From: a bacterium
GTDB lineage: Bacteria > UBA8248
Direction: 5' to 3'
Assembly: GCA_965213625.1 (NCBI GenBank)
Contig: CBDBZU010000004.1
Span: 3,296,001-3,360,000 of the forward strand
DNA length: 64,000 nucleotides
The notes beneath the pieces were generated by a model. That model had not been told where the DNA came from. It made no database searches and saw only the letters and a program-made list of their open reading frames with translations. Positions within the stretch are counted from its first letter, which is position 1, and each line of letters opens with the position of its first letter. Positions 48,779 through 58,987 of this stretch are shown piece by piece. Both the position numbers and the translations under genes were made by a program.

Positions 48779-49957
48779 ATGGCCCGGAAAAAAGCAACTC
48801 CCACTTTCTGGGGCTACAGAAGACCTGAAGGTCCTCCGGGTGGGCGGAATCATCTCGCTATCGTCAGCGGAATGGACAATTCCAACCCCATCGTTCGAAG
48901 AATCGGTTCACTGGTGCGAGACGCCACCCCCGTCAACACCTCGTTCGGACGCGCCCTGATGGGCGAGGACGAGGCGCAACACTGGCGGGTCATGGGGCAC
49001 ACCGCCGCCCACCCGAACGTCGGGGCTGCCATCATCGTGAGCCTCGAACCCAAGAGCGCCAGCGCCATCGCGGAAGTAGCCGCGAGAACATCTCCCTGGA
49101 TGCCCATAGAAGCCGTAAACATCCAGGAGATTGGAGGCACGCTCAGCACCACCTCGCATGTCGTGGAACTCGCAACGAAACTTTCCGCCCATCTCGCATC
49201 CGCCAAGCGCGTCCGTTGTGAATTGGGTGAACTCACCATCGGGGCGGAATGCGGAGGATCAGATACAACCAGCGGCGTCATCTCGAACCCCGTGACGGGC
49301 ATGGTCGCAGACAGGGTCGTGGAAGCGGGGGGTTCGGTTATTTTTTCCGAAACGCTGGAAATCGTGGGCGCCGAGCATCTCCTCGCTCGTCGGGCTGCGG
49401 ACAAAAAAACGGCGCGGAGAATCATCGATTCCGCAAATAGCGCCGTCGATTACGCCGAAAGCATCGGCGTCGACTTCATCGGATCGAATCCGGCGCCGGA
49501 TAACATCCGGGGAGGTCTGTCGTCCATCGAGGAAAAAAGTCTGGGGGCTATAAAAAAAGCAGGGAGCCACCCCATCGTCGAGGTCGTAGGCGTAGGAGAA
49601 CGCCCCTCGAAGAAAGGCACCATCTTCGCCGACGCTCCCTGCGCGGGCGTAGAGAACATCTCCTCCCTGGCGGCCAGCGGGGCGCAGGCGATCATTTTCT
49701 CGACCGGAATCGGCAATCCTATCGGCCATCCCATCTCTCCCACCATCAAAGTGACCGGAAATCCCCGGACCGCGCGGACGATGGCCGAGAACATCGACGT
49801 GGACATCAGCGGCGTCATGGAGGGAACGATGCGAATCGATGAGGCGAAGAATTTGCTCGAAAAAGAACTGATAGCGGTGATGAGCGGTAAACTCACGACA
49901 TCGGAGCTTCTCGGAGAAACCGAACTCACGGTCAGCAGGGCCGCATTAAGCCTCTAA
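48779..49957 (+). CDS. UxaA family dehydratase/lyase large subunit
   Basis: GYRR, ECGGSDTTSG..SNP, NPAPDNIRGGLSSIEEKSLG. Confidence 0.9.
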   Translation: MARKKATPTFWGYRRPEGPPGGRNHLAIVSGMDNSNPIVRRIGSLVRDATPVNTSFGRALMGEDEAQHWRVMGHTAAHPNVGAAIIVSLEPKSASAIAEVAARTSPWMPIEAVNIQEIGGTLSTTSHVVELATKLSAHLASAKRVRCELGELTIGAECGGSDTTSGVISNPVTGMVADRVVEAGGSVIFSETLEIVGAEHLLARRAADKKTARRIIDSANSAVDYAESIGVDFIGSNPAPDNIRGGLSSIEEKSLGAIKKAGSHPIVEVVGVGERPSKKGTIFADAPCAGVENISSLAASGAQAIIFSTGIGNPIGHPISPTIKVTGNPRTARTMAENIDVDISGVMEGTMRIDEAKNLLEKELIAVMSGKLTTSELLGETELTVSRAALSL

Positions 49958-50004
49958 ATCATCTATTCCAAGCATCTCCAGCCTGGAAGTAGTAGAACCT
50001 CATA

Positions 50005-50517
50005 TTAAAAACCCATGCCCACAATGAGTCGATTCCAGGAGTTAATGAGCGCGATGGCTCCGAGAAGCTCCACAATCTGCGCTTCTGAATAGTGGGCCTT
50101 CAGCGCTTCAAACGTCTCATCCGAAATGCTCACTCCCTGCGTGCTCTCCTCGCAAAGGCGAAGCGCCGCCTTCTCCTTCTCATCGAAGACGTCACTCGAA
50201 GAACCCTCTTGCGCGGCTTTCGTCTTCTCGTCTCCTGCCTTGTGCATCCTTGCCATGTTGGAATGCATGTTGGTGCAAAAATGACACCCGTTTAGCACCG
50301 ACGCCCGAATGTTCAAGATTTCCTTGAAGCCGACGTCGATCTCCCCCGGGCCGTCCGCCACCGTGGTCAGGCTCAGCAAAGAACGCAAAAAATCCGGTTT
50401 GTGGGCCAGCGCCTTTACCGGAGGAATCACGATGCCGAATTGTTTTTTCAGATTCTCCATGATGCGTTTCGCGGATGCTTCCGCCTGCTCGGGCTCTAAC
50501 AAGGAAATCCGTGGCAT
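50005..50517 (-). CDS. AhpD/carboxymuconolactone decarboxylase family protein
   Basis: SVLNGCHFCTNMH (CxxC..H), NSWNR. Confidence 0.88.
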   Translation of the reverse strand: MPRISLLEPEQAEASAKRIMENLKKQFGIVIPPVKALAHKPDFLRSLLSLTTVADGPGEIDVGFKEILNIRASVLNGCHFCTNMHSNMARMHKAGDEKTKAAQEGSSSDVFDEKEKAALRLCEESTQGVSISDETFEALKAHYSEAQIVELLGAIALINSWNRLIVGMGF

Positions 50518-50750
50518 TCCATGCTCCTTAGATAGATTCGTCTGAATGTGAGCTTACTAAAAAAAGACATACTCTTTTCACAGATATTTACGCCACCTCA
50601 AGGCTACCGGTCAACGAATACGCTAAAATCATCCCTCTTTCAGCAGCTATACGTATGAGCGCAAGCACATATCATCAACATTTGTTAAACTATGCCCCAT
50701 AATTTGTGTTACCCACATCATGCGCCCAAAACGAGTGGATGGAAGCTGCC

Positions 50751-51578
50751 ATGAGCAAGCAAATGTCCTTACGAGAAGCCGCTTCTCTCATTGAAGGAGG
50801 AGACGCAATAAGTCCCGGCGGCACCCTCTTGCACAGAACACCCGCCGCCCTCATCCGTGAAATTGCGCGCGCGGGCCTTCGGGATCTCATGCTCATCAAA
50901 CCCTCTCCCGGATACGACGCCGATCTCCTTTGCGCCGCAGGGGCCGTGAAGAGAATCATCAGCGGCATCGTCACATTCGAGGCGGAATTCGGATTGGCGC
51001 CTCACTACCGGAAGGCGATTGAAAAGGGCTTGACCGGCCTCACCGAACACGCCTGAGCCAGTGTTCTGGCAGGGCTGCGGGCCGCAGCCTACGGCGTTCC
51101 ATTCCAGCCCATTCGCGGTTTCGACGGGAGCGACATTCCGGAACAAAGCGGCATATTCACGATGGAAGATCCCTACACGAAAGAGGAACTCTATGCGATT
51201 CCCGCTCTCAAGCCGGACTGGGCATTAATACACGTCCAGAAATCTGACCCGCATGGAAACGCGCAAATCCTGGGCAACCAGCAATTCGACGTTGAAATGA
51301 CGCGCGCGGCACAAAATGGCGTCATTCTCACGACCGAGAAAATCGTAGACCCCGAAGAGATCGCAGCGGAACCGGAGAGAACCACCATTCCAGGCTTTCT
51401 CGTCAAAGCTGTTGTGGAAACGCCGGGCGGAGCGTCTCCCTGCAGTTGCCATCCATACTATGGGGTCGACAAAGACGAAATGAAACGTTACATGACCTTG
51501 ACTCAGAGCCCGGACGGGCTTCGGGAATATCTTGCGAGCACCGACAAAACACACACACAAGATGCGGTGACAAAATAG
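50751..51578 (+). CDS. Family I CoA-transferase-fold alpha subunit, predicted selenoprotein (Sec102), 275 aa
   Basis: ORFs 50706-51056 and 51162-51578 share a frame; reading through TGA 51054-51056 gives TEHA-U-ASVLAGLRAAAYGVPFQP, then PALKPDWALIHVQKSDPHGN. Confidence 0.85.
51057..51090 (+). promoter_or_regulatory. Candidate bacterial SECIS element
   Basis: GCCAG-UGUU-CUGGC hairpin immediately after UGA, then GGCUGCG-GGC-CGCAGCC (51073-51089) with G-led apical loop. Confidence 0.6.
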
Positions 51579-51580
51579 CG

Positions 51581-52333
51581 ATGGGCAATCGTCTGGCTTC
51601 GTTGCCCAAGCACGTAATTCGCGCGGGAAACCAGATGGCCGTCACACTCTCGCGCCTCATCCAAGATGGCGAGAAGGTGTTCCACGGCGTCAACTCCCCG
51701 CTTCCCATGGTCGCGATCTTTTTGGCCAAGAAACGACATGCCCCCAATTGCTCGCTTATAGAAGTCGCGGGTTCGGTGGACCCTCAACCGCGCTTCATGC
51801 CGAATAGCACGGCCGACCCTGAACTCTGCCATGGCGCGGCTTCCATGTTCTACAACCCGGACATGTACGATCTTTTTGCTCGCGGCGGGGTGGACATGGC
51901 TTTCCTGGGGGCCGCCCAACTCGACAAACAAGGGCGAGCCAACATGAGCTACATCGGCGACCCGTTCCAGCCGAAAGTGAAGCTTCCCGGCGGAGGGGGA
52001 GGCGCCGTCATCATGCCTCAGGTGAAACGCACCGTCATATGGCGAACTTTGCACGACAGGCGATTTCTCGTACCCCGGGTCGATTTCTCTACCCAATCAG
52101 GCAGTCTAAGCCACTTGGTGACACCTATCGCTTTGTTCGAGAAAAAACCCACAGGGCTCGAAATTGCCAGTGTTCACCCTGGCCACTCGATGAATGAAGT
52201 GATCGAGAATACCGGCTTCGAACTGGAACACCCGAGCGTCGTGGCGCAAACTACCGCGCCAAACGCCGAAGAACTGAACGCCCTGGAGGAACTCGACCCT
52301 GATGGCGTGCGCTTTACGGAATTCCGTTTTTAG
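51581..52333 (+). CDS. Family I CoA-transferase-fold beta subunit
   Basis: HAP, FLGAAQLDKQGRAN, KLPGGGG, SVHPG, ENTGF; starts 2 nt after alpha stop. Confidence 0.9.
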   Translation: MGNRLASLPKHVIRAGNQMAVTLSRLIQDGEKVFHGVNSPLPMVAIFLAKKRHAPNCSLIEVAGSVDPQPRFMPNSTADPELCHGAASMFYNPDMYDLFARGGVDMAFLGAAQLDKQGRANMSYIGDPFQPKVKLPGGGGGAVIMPQVKRTVIWRTLHDRRFLVPRVDFSTQSGSLSHLVTPIALFEKKPTGLEIASVHPGHSMNEVIENTGFELEHPSVVAQTTAPNAEELNALEELDPDGVRFTEFRF

Positions 52334-52418
52334 GTCCCAAACTTGCCACGAAACGAGTATCGTTTCCTTTACAATTTGACACCGATTTCTTCCGGCACGA
52401 CGGATTCAGGAGAATTTC

Positions 52419-53060
52419 ATGAGTAATGACTTGGTAAATCGATTAAGGAGCTATTCAGCCTGTCAGGCGGCAGACGCTTTTGACAAATTGAAGATCAGGG
52501 GCCACATGCCCGACATTATCCTGTTGTCTCCCGACCCTGATTACAGGATGGTGGGGGAAGCCCATACCGTTCGAATGGTTCCCGCCGGCGGCGGACCGCT
52601 GCCCAAACGCGAGGTGCACCACATCGACGCGGCGCCCGAGGGCAGCATCGTCGTCATCAGCATCCCGCCCGGAGTCACGACGGCCAACTGGGGCGGGATG
52701 ATGACCACGCGGGCGAAGGTGATGAACCTCGCAGGTGTCGTCCTGGACGGCAGGGCAAGGGACATTGAAGAACACCGCCATGCGGGTTTTCCCGTGTTCG
52801 CCAGGGGGGTATCGGTTCACGGCAGCGGCGGGTATACGGTTCCCATCAGTGTGGGAGAGCCGATCAATTGCGGGGGCGTCGCGGTGAGGCAGGGAGACAT
52901 CATTCTTGGCGACGTAAACGGCGTTGTCGTCATCCCCGTGGAAAGGCTCGAGGAAGTCATCGACAAGATGGATGAACTGGCGGAAATCGAAGAAAGAATC
53001 ATCGCGGAACTCGACAAAGGCGTGAGCATTGGTGAGGCATTCTCCAGGCACAGAAACTAG
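52419..53060 (+). CDS. RraA family protein (HMG/CHA aldolase-like)
   Basis: WGGMM, DGRARD, GDIILGDVNGVVVIP. Confidence 0.9.
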   Translation: MSNDLVNRLRSYSACQAADAFDKLKIRGHMPDIILLSPDPDYRMVGEAHTVRMVPAGGGPLPKREVHHIDAAPEGSIVVISIPPGVTTANWGGMMTTRAKVMNLAGVVLDGRARDIEEHRHAGFPVFARGVSVHGSGGYTVPISVGEPINCGGVAVRQGDIILGDVNGVVVIPVERLEEVIDKMDELAEIEERIIAELDKGVSIGEAFSRHRN

Positions 53061-53193
53061 CACGAGGCCACGATAACCGCCTGAAAGTTTGATTTTGCAA
53101 AATCCGTCCGAAAGAGACGCTTCCATGGCAGCGCCGGATGAAACTGATATAATTACTTCGTCTTTTTACGAATTACGCCCCAGACGTATCCCG

Positions 53194-53856
53194 ATGAATT
53201 TAATGACCAATCCCTCGTGTACTCCCCCCCTGATGGCTCTTATCATCAGCCTCGCAATTTCCTTTCTCCTGAGTGGATGCAGCTTTCTGCCCACTCAAAG
53301 GAGTTATGACACCGAAGGGAAGGGTTCCCACGGCATCGCCTCGTGGTATGGAAATCCCTACCACGGGCGTAAAACGGCGAACGGCGAAACCTACGACATG
53401 CACGCCCTTACTGCCGCGCACCGCACCTTGCCTTTTGGTTCCATCGTACGGGTGCGTAGAAACGACGACGGGCGGGAAGTGCAAGTGCGAATCAACGACC
53501 GGGGACCCTTTTTCATAAACCGTGTCATCGACCTCTCCCGTGAGGCGGCCCGTAGAATCGGCATGCTGCGCAGAGGCACCACCGAGGTTTCCATTGAACC
53601 CCTCTACATTCCCCGAGAGCCGAACCCGAAGTGGATGATCCTGGTGGGCGGGTTTATGGAAAAAACGGAGGCGCAAGAGTTCGCCGATTACTTTCATAGA
53701 AACGGTACGAAATCGGAGATCCGACCGGGCTGGCATGGAAACTACGCCCACTACCACGTGCAGATCAAAGGCCTTACCGGCGAGAGTCAAGCGAAGCGAT
53801 TGGTGGAAAGGCTGCAGCGCAAAGGGTACGGGGCATTCATCGTGCGGTCGAAATAA
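53194..53856 (+). CDS. rlpA: Septal ring lytic transglycosylase RlpA family lipoprotein with SPOR domain
   Basis: LSGC lipobox, ASWYG, TAAHRTLP, INDRGPF, IDLS; start uncertain. Confidence 0.88.
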   Translation: MNLMTNPSCTPPLMALIISLAISFLLSGCSFLPTQRSYDTEGKGSHGIASWYGNPYHGRKTANGETYDMHALTAAHRTLPFGSIVRVRRNDDGREVQVRINDRGPFFINRVIDLSREAARRIGMLRRGTTEVSIEPLYIPREPNPKWMILVGGFMEKTEAQEFADYFHRNGTKSEIRPGWHGNYAHYHVQIKGLTGESQAKRLVERLQRKGYGAFIVRSK

Positions 53857-53861
53857 TCGAT

Positions 53862-55934
53862 TCAGTCCCTATCGAGCGCATGTTCAATCGCGCCCAAGTC
53901 CGTGAGGGGCTCCTTGCATGTAAAATTTTCGCACAGATACACAGCCGCTCGCCCATCCACCATGGATTTTCCATCAAGCAAAGGAACTGCGGCGTCTGTT
54001 TCTTCGCTTGATGATTTGGACTTGAAAGCCAAAACCTTGTTTGGAATGAAACGGGAATCAACGGCCCTGAGAGCCGCTTGTGTATCCTCAGCGTTTCTTT
54101 CACCGACAATCGCCACCTCTACCGGGGAATCAAGATGAAAATCAAGCGCCACCAGCATCATGTGGAAAGCGGCGGGCACGCGGCTCAGATAGTCGCCGAA
54201 CGAGCGCAAAACGCCCTCGCCGCGTTTTGCGAATTCTGCCTCGCCCGTGAATTTCGCCAGCTTCAGTAACGCCAGCGCCGCCACCGAATTCCCGCTCGGA
54301 ACGGCGCCGTCTTGCGTCATCTTCTTCCGCACGATGAGTTGTTCATGATCGTGGGCCGTAAAGAAGAATGCGCCCCCCTCATCATCCCAATAGCGCGATA
54401 TCATTTCCTGCGCCAATTCAGACGCCGCTCGAATCCACCGCGGCTCGAAACTCGCCTCATATAAATCCACCAGCCCCAGGATCAGAAAAGCATAATCATC
54501 CAGATAGGCGTTAAATTTGCTCACGCCCTCCCGGTGGCTTCTCAGCAAGCCGCGCTCCTCGCGCATGTTGTTCAAAATAAATTCAGCCGCTTTGCCCGCT
54601 TCTTCAACGTAAGGGCGGTGCTCCAGAATCCTGCCCGCCAAAGCCATCGAACCGATCATGAGTCCGTTCCAGCTCGTGAGAATTTTATCGTCCAGGCCCG
54701 GCTTTACTCGCCGCTCGCGCTCGGCGAAGAGTTTTGCGCGCCCTCTTTGCAAGACATCAAAGAGCTTCTCTTCGGTGAGCCCCGACTCTTCGGCGAAAAC
54801 GCGGGGTGGTTTCTGAATAAACAAGGCGGAGGTCTTGCCTTCGAAGTTCCCCTCCTCCGTCACGCTGTAGAACCGGCAGAATATGTCGGCTTCTTCTTTG
54901 CCGAGAATCTCTTCTATCTCCTCAGGACGCCATACGAAGAACTTGCCCTCCTCGCCCTCGCTGTCGGCGTCCTGCGCAGAATAAAATCCACCGCTCGGGC
55001 TGGTCATCTCGCGCAAAACGTAATCGAGCGTATCCGTAACCACGGAACGGTAAAACGCGCTTCCCGTCGCCTGGTATGCCTCGAGGTAGACTCTGGACAG
55101 CAGAGCGTTGTCATAAAGCATTTTCTCGAAGTGCGGGATGAGCCAGTAAGCATCCACGCTATAGCGGTGAAAACCTCCTCCGAGTTGATCATACATCCCG
55201 CCCAGCGCCATCCTCTGGAGTGTAATCTCGACCATTTTCAGCAATTCCTGATCCGGGGACCGTTTCCATTTTCTTAAAAGGAGCATCAGCGCCATGGAGG
55301 GCGGGAATTTTGGAGCGCTCCCGAAACCGCCCCAGGTGGAATCGAATCGTTCCTTTAATTCCTGAGCAGCCTGGTCGATCCACTCGGCTTTCAAATCACC
55401 TTCAGCTGGCGTTACGACCCCCATTTGCTGCAGATTCGCAGTGATGCTCTCTGCGTTCGTATGCAATTCGTCCTGTCTCGTCTGGTAAATTTCGGCCAGC
55501 TTCATGAGCACGTTTTTAAAGCCGGGCCTCCCCCATTTGTCATCCGGCGGAAAATACGTGCCCCCGAAAAAGGGCCTCAAATCCGGGAGCAGGAAAACGC
55601 TCATCGGCCAACCACCCTGGCCCGTCATCATCTGCACCGCTTCCATATAAATGCCGTCGATATCGGGGCGTTCTTCCCGGTCCACCTTGATGGAGACGAA
55701 ATGCTCATTCAGGATGTCGGCGATTCCCTCATCCTCGAAGCTCTCATGCTCCATCACGTGGCACCAATGACAGGCGGAATAGCCGACGGACAAGAAAATG
55801 GGCTTGTTCTCATCTCTTGATTTACGGAGCGCGTCCTCGCCCCAGGGATACCACTGCACCGGATTGTTTTGATGCTGCAAGAGATATGGGCTCGTCTCCT
55901 GTGCGAGGCGGTTCTTCTGCCGGGGTTGATTCAT
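53862..55934 (-). CDS. Thioredoxin domain-containing protein (YyaL/SSP411 family)
   Basis: [32 protein letters not shown]. Confidence 0.93.
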   Translation of the reverse strand: MNQPRQKNRLAQETSPYLLQHQNNPVQWYPWGEDALRKSRDENKPIFLSVGYSACHWCHVMEHESFEDEGIADILNEHFVSIKVDREERPDIDGIYMEAVQMMTGQGGWPMSVFLLPDLRPFFGGTYFPPDDKWGRPGFKNVLMKLAEIYQTRQDELHTNAESITANLQQMGVVTPAEGDLKAEWIDQAAQELKERFDSTWGGFGSAPKFPPSMALMLLLRKWKRSPDQELLKMVEITLQRMALGGMYDQLGGGFHRYSVDAYWLIPHFEKMLYDNALLSRVYLEAYQATGSAFYRSVVTDTLDYVLREMTSPSGGFYSAQDADSEGEEGKFFVWRPEEIEEILGKEEADIFCRFYSVTEEGNFEGKTSALFIQKPPRVFAEESGLTEEKLFDVLQRGRAKLFAERERRVKPGLDDKILTSWNGLMIGSMALAGRILEHRPYVEEAGKAAEFILNNMREERGLLRSHREGVSKFNAYLDDYAFLILGLVDLYEASFEPRWIRAASELAQEMISRYWDDEGGAFFFTAHDHEQLIVRKKMTQDGAVPSGNSVAALALLKLAKFTGEAEFAKRGEGVLRSFGDYLSRVPAAFHMMLVALDFHLDSPVEVAIVGERNAEDTQAALRAVDSRFIPNKVLAFKSKSSSEETDAAVPLLDGKSMVDGRAAVYLCENFTCKEPLTDLGAIEHALDRD

Positions 55935-56007
55935 GAATTCCTCATGTAAGTAGATAAAAGTCCGCTGACCAAGAAAATACGCCTGCCGACAGGGTATGGG
56001 AGAATGA

Positions 56008-56511
56008 TCAACAAAACAATTCGGGCTGCGGAGCGATTTGCACGTGTGTCTCCACGCGGCCGTCCCCGCGAATATGCGATATGTTTTCGCCGCAACTCTC
56101 CGTCCAAGCCGCCGATACCAGATGCAGGCGATGACAGTTTCTCGGGTTCTCCTCCGCACAAAGAACCGCCGTGGGTTCTTTTCCCACTTGCGTTCTCAAG
56201 CGCTCCATCGCAAGGATGAAACTCTCATCACGCCTCACTTTCTTCCAGTCGATACGCCTATCAGAGCCAAAGAATTCTGGGTTTTCACTAAAGTTGCGTT
56301 TCCCGCCCAGCGCCTCTCCTTCCCAAACGTATGCGATATTTCGCGATGAGAGGCTTTGTCTCATCTTCTCTCTACTAAACTGTGGATTTCTCCTGCTGTA
56401 GGGGATGCTGCGAACATCCACAACGCATGCGATCTCATGACGAGCTAGCAAGTCAAGGAATTTCTCCGCGTTGTGGTTGCTGTGGCCTATCGTCCAGAGC
56501 GGGTGCTTCAT
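56008..56511 (-). CDS. DUF488 family protein
   Basis: [18 protein letters not shown]...CHR. Confidence 0.85.
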   Translation of the reverse strand: MKHPLWTIGHSNHNAEKFLDLLARHEIACVVDVRSIPYSRRNPQFSREKMRQSLSSRNIAYVWEGEALGGKRNFSENPEFFGSDRRIDWKKVRRDESFILAMERLRTQVGKEPTAVLCAEENPRNCHRLHLVSAAWTESCGENISHIRGDGRVETHVQIAPQPELFC

Positions 56512-57848
56512 GCGAGACCCTCCATGAGAGTTGCCGCAATCTCGCAACCCCGATGAAATATCTCCACGTCGATATTCTCATCAGGCGCATGGGCGTTCGA
56601 ATCCGCATTGGCGAGGGGGAACCAGACGGAAGGGATCCCTAAATCCTTCGTAAACATACTGTCGGGAACGCTACCGCCGAAATTGGGGTAGATGATCGGT
56701 TCAACCCCGTAACCGCCGACGGCTTGGATCACCTTTTGAACATAGAGGTTGTCCGCGGGCGTTTTGCTCGGGTCGAACGTGGCCATCTTGCGTACTTCGA
56801 TATCATCGAAACCTTCAGCTCTTAAAAATGAACACACATCATCGAACAGCTTATCCGGGTCCTGCTCCACGACGAGGCGGAAATCCAGCTTGGCGCGCGC
56901 GGAACCTGGCAGGACCGTTTTCATGCCATCGTTGGAATACCCTCCTTGAAATCCACAAATGTTCAGGTTCGGCTGGGTGAGAACTTTCCTGTAAAAGGCG
57001 GAAAGATCCGGAATACGGGAGGCGCCTTCTCCGATGACGGCCCGTAGCTCCGCCTCCGGATCAGGAATTCCTTCCAGCGCATCCTGATCCGCATCCCCTA
57101 TCGGGAGCACTGACTTATAAAACCCCGGCACGCGCACCCTTCCCTCATCATCTCGCAGGCATTGCACAGCCTCCATGAGGCGCCAGAACGGGTTCGGCGC
57201 TGGCCCTCCATAAGACCCGGAATGGAGGTCTTTTCCGACGCCGCGCGAGATTAGTTCGATATAGAGCAATCCCCTGCAGCCCATAGAGAGGGTCGGCCTA
57301 CCCGAGGGGTGTACGGAGCCATCGGATGAGCAGGCGATATCGGCTTTCAACAAGTCTGTGTTCGACTGTATGAATTTCCTCAAGTTTGGGGAGCCCATCT
57401 CTTCTTCCCCTTCAATCAAAAACTTGAGGTTGATTGGCATTTTTGTGTTCGTCTGGTGGTAGGCTTCAACAGCCTTGATCTGGGCGAAATGCTGGCCCTT
57501 GTTGTCTCCCGAACCACGTGCGTAGAGGCGGCCATTTCGAACCTGGGGTTCAAATGGTTCGGAACTCCAGCCCTCGGAAATATCAGCCGGCTGAACGTCA
57601 TAGTGGCCATATATCAGCATGGTCGGAGCATCCGGAGGCCCCTTCACCTCTCCGTATACGAGAGAAATACCGTCGGTCGGCAGAATTTGCACCTCGATGC
57701 CAGCTCTACTCATCAACTGGACGAGATGCTCCGCCGCCTCCTCGACACCAATACCCAACGTGCTGATAGAGGGTATCTTGAGGTATTCGATGAGTTCCGC
57801 CAGGCTCTGCTCCCTTCTCGCTCGCAGAAAATCAATCACCGCCGCCAT
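56508..57848 (-). CDS. M20 family dipeptidase/deacylase
   Basis: YGHYDVQP, RGSGDNKGQ, EGEEE, DLHSG, HAPDE. Confidence 0.92.
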   Translation of the reverse strand: MAAVIDFLRARREQSLAELIEYLKIPSISTLGIGVEEAAEHLVQLMSRAGIEVQILPTDGISLVYGEVKGPPDAPTMLIYGHYDVQPADISEGWSSEPFEPQVRNGRLYARGSGDNKGQHFAQIKAVEAYHQTNTKMPINLKFLIEGEEEMGSPNLRKFIQSNTDLLKADIACSSDGSVHPSGRPTLSMGCRGLLYIELISRGVGKDLHSGSYGGPAPNPFWRLMEAVQCLRDDEGRVRVPGFYKSVLPIGDADQDALEGIPDPEAELRAVIGEGASRIPDLSAFYRKVLTQPNLNICGFQGGYSNDGMKTVLPGSARAKLDFRLVVEQDPDKLFDDVCSFLRAEGFDDIEVRKMATFDPSKTPADNLYVQKVIQAVGGYGVEPIIYPNFGGSVPDSMFTKDLGIPSVWFPLANADSNAHAPDENIDVEIFHRGCEIAATLMEGLA

Positions 57849-57970
57849 TCATTTCTCCTTCACATAAGCTATGTTCGCCGAGATGTTGCCGAATTCGTCC
57901 GCTCAGATTATTCTCAGAGATGGCATGAACCTGCCAATTCTTTTGCCGCCGTGCAAAAACTGGATTTCGC

Positions 57971-58981
57971 ATGATTCGATCTGTACTTAGCATAATGCAT
58001 CGCTTCTTCAAGATCATCCGCATAAAGTCCCTATTGCTTTTCATCATCGTCGTGCTGATGGTGACGAGTTGCGCCCGACCCCGCACCTTGAACCTGGCTC
58101 CTGCTCCTGCTGGAAACCACGACCACCAGGAGAACTACGTCGAACTGCCATCGAGCATCGAAAACGCATCCATGACGGGATATCTGGTACGTCCTTCGAA
58201 AGATGGGAGATATCCTTGCGTCGTATTGCTGCACGGAAAAGGCGGTTGGTGGCGGGCATACATCCGCTACGCCCGAAAACTTGCGAGCCATGGATTCTCA
58301 TCCCTGGTCATCAATTATTACTCTGTGCACCAGGTGGACCTCGAGGGTCTAAGAACACCTTTCGTTCAAAGAAAATCAAATTTCGAACGCCAGAATGAAG
58401 ACATCAACCGAGCCGTTTCCGCCTTTGCGAAAAGCGCGCATTGCATACAAGACAAGATTGGTCTCATCGGCTTCTCACTCGGTGCAGACAAAGCGTTCCG
58501 TGCTGCCGCGTCACTCCCAGTTGTGAAGGCCGTGGTGGCCTACTATGGCCCCTATGATTATGAGGCTCTCATCAAAAAGCGCATCAACGCCGTGGTGCTC
58601 GCTCTGGCGACTGAGGATTTGCTGCGCTGGAAAGAATATCTGGAACTTCACAGCCCCGCCAATAAGATACAGAACACAAATGCTTCGGCCTTGATGTTTC
58701 ATGGCGTGGCGGATGGGCTCATTCCTGTCCAGCAATCTTTCACGATGATGAAAAAACTGCGAGCGAGAGGAGCAGGCAACGCCCAATTGAAACTTTACGA
58801 GGGCACCGGCCACAATTTCGTTCTCAGAAGGAGAACTCCTCGGGAAAGAGAAGACTCGATTCGGCTCGCGTTGCTTTTTCTCAAAGATCACTTGCCCCGT
58901 AGCGAAGAAACCCCCGAACCAAAAGAATTGAGAAAAAAACGGGCCGATTTTCATTCTGAAACCGAAAAACAAGATAGTTGA
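57971..58981 (+). CDS. Dienelactone hydrolase-like alpha/beta hydrolase, probable lipoprotein
   Basis: VTSC lipobox-like, LLHG, GFSLG, HGVAD, GHNF. Confidence 0.8.
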   Translation: MIRSVLSIMHRFFKIIRIKSLLLFIIVVLMVTSCARPRTLNLAPAPAGNHDHQENYVELPSSIENASMTGYLVRPSKDGRYPCVVLLHGKGGWWRAYIRYARKLASHGFSSLVINYYSVHQVDLEGLRTPFVQRKSNFERQNEDINRAVSAFAKSAHCIQDKIGLIGFSLGADKAFRAAASLPVVKAVVAYYGPYDYEALIKKRINAVVLALATEDLLRWKEYLELHSPANKIQNTNASALMFHGVADGLIPVQQSFTMMKKLRARGAGNAQLKLYEGTGHNFVLRRRTPREREDSIRLALLFLKDHLPRSEETPEPKELRKKRADFHSETEKQDS

Positions 58982-58987
58982 CATATC

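Noticed and set aside
51054-51056. Reading the CoA-transferase alpha gene as a nonsense pseudogene
   Set aside because: The TGA is the only lesion, motifs are intact on both sides, the beta subunit is intact, SECIS-like hairpins follow, and a second Sec gene is present. Disfavoured but not formally excluded.
51549-51559. Short AC dinucleotide run at the end of the alpha subunit gene
   Set aside because: Only about five units in a variable tail; too short to argue for phase variation.
55935-56159. N-terminal extension of the YyaL-family ORF
   Set aside because: It overlaps the DUF488 gene; the family N-terminus and a GAGGA RBS point to ATG 55934.
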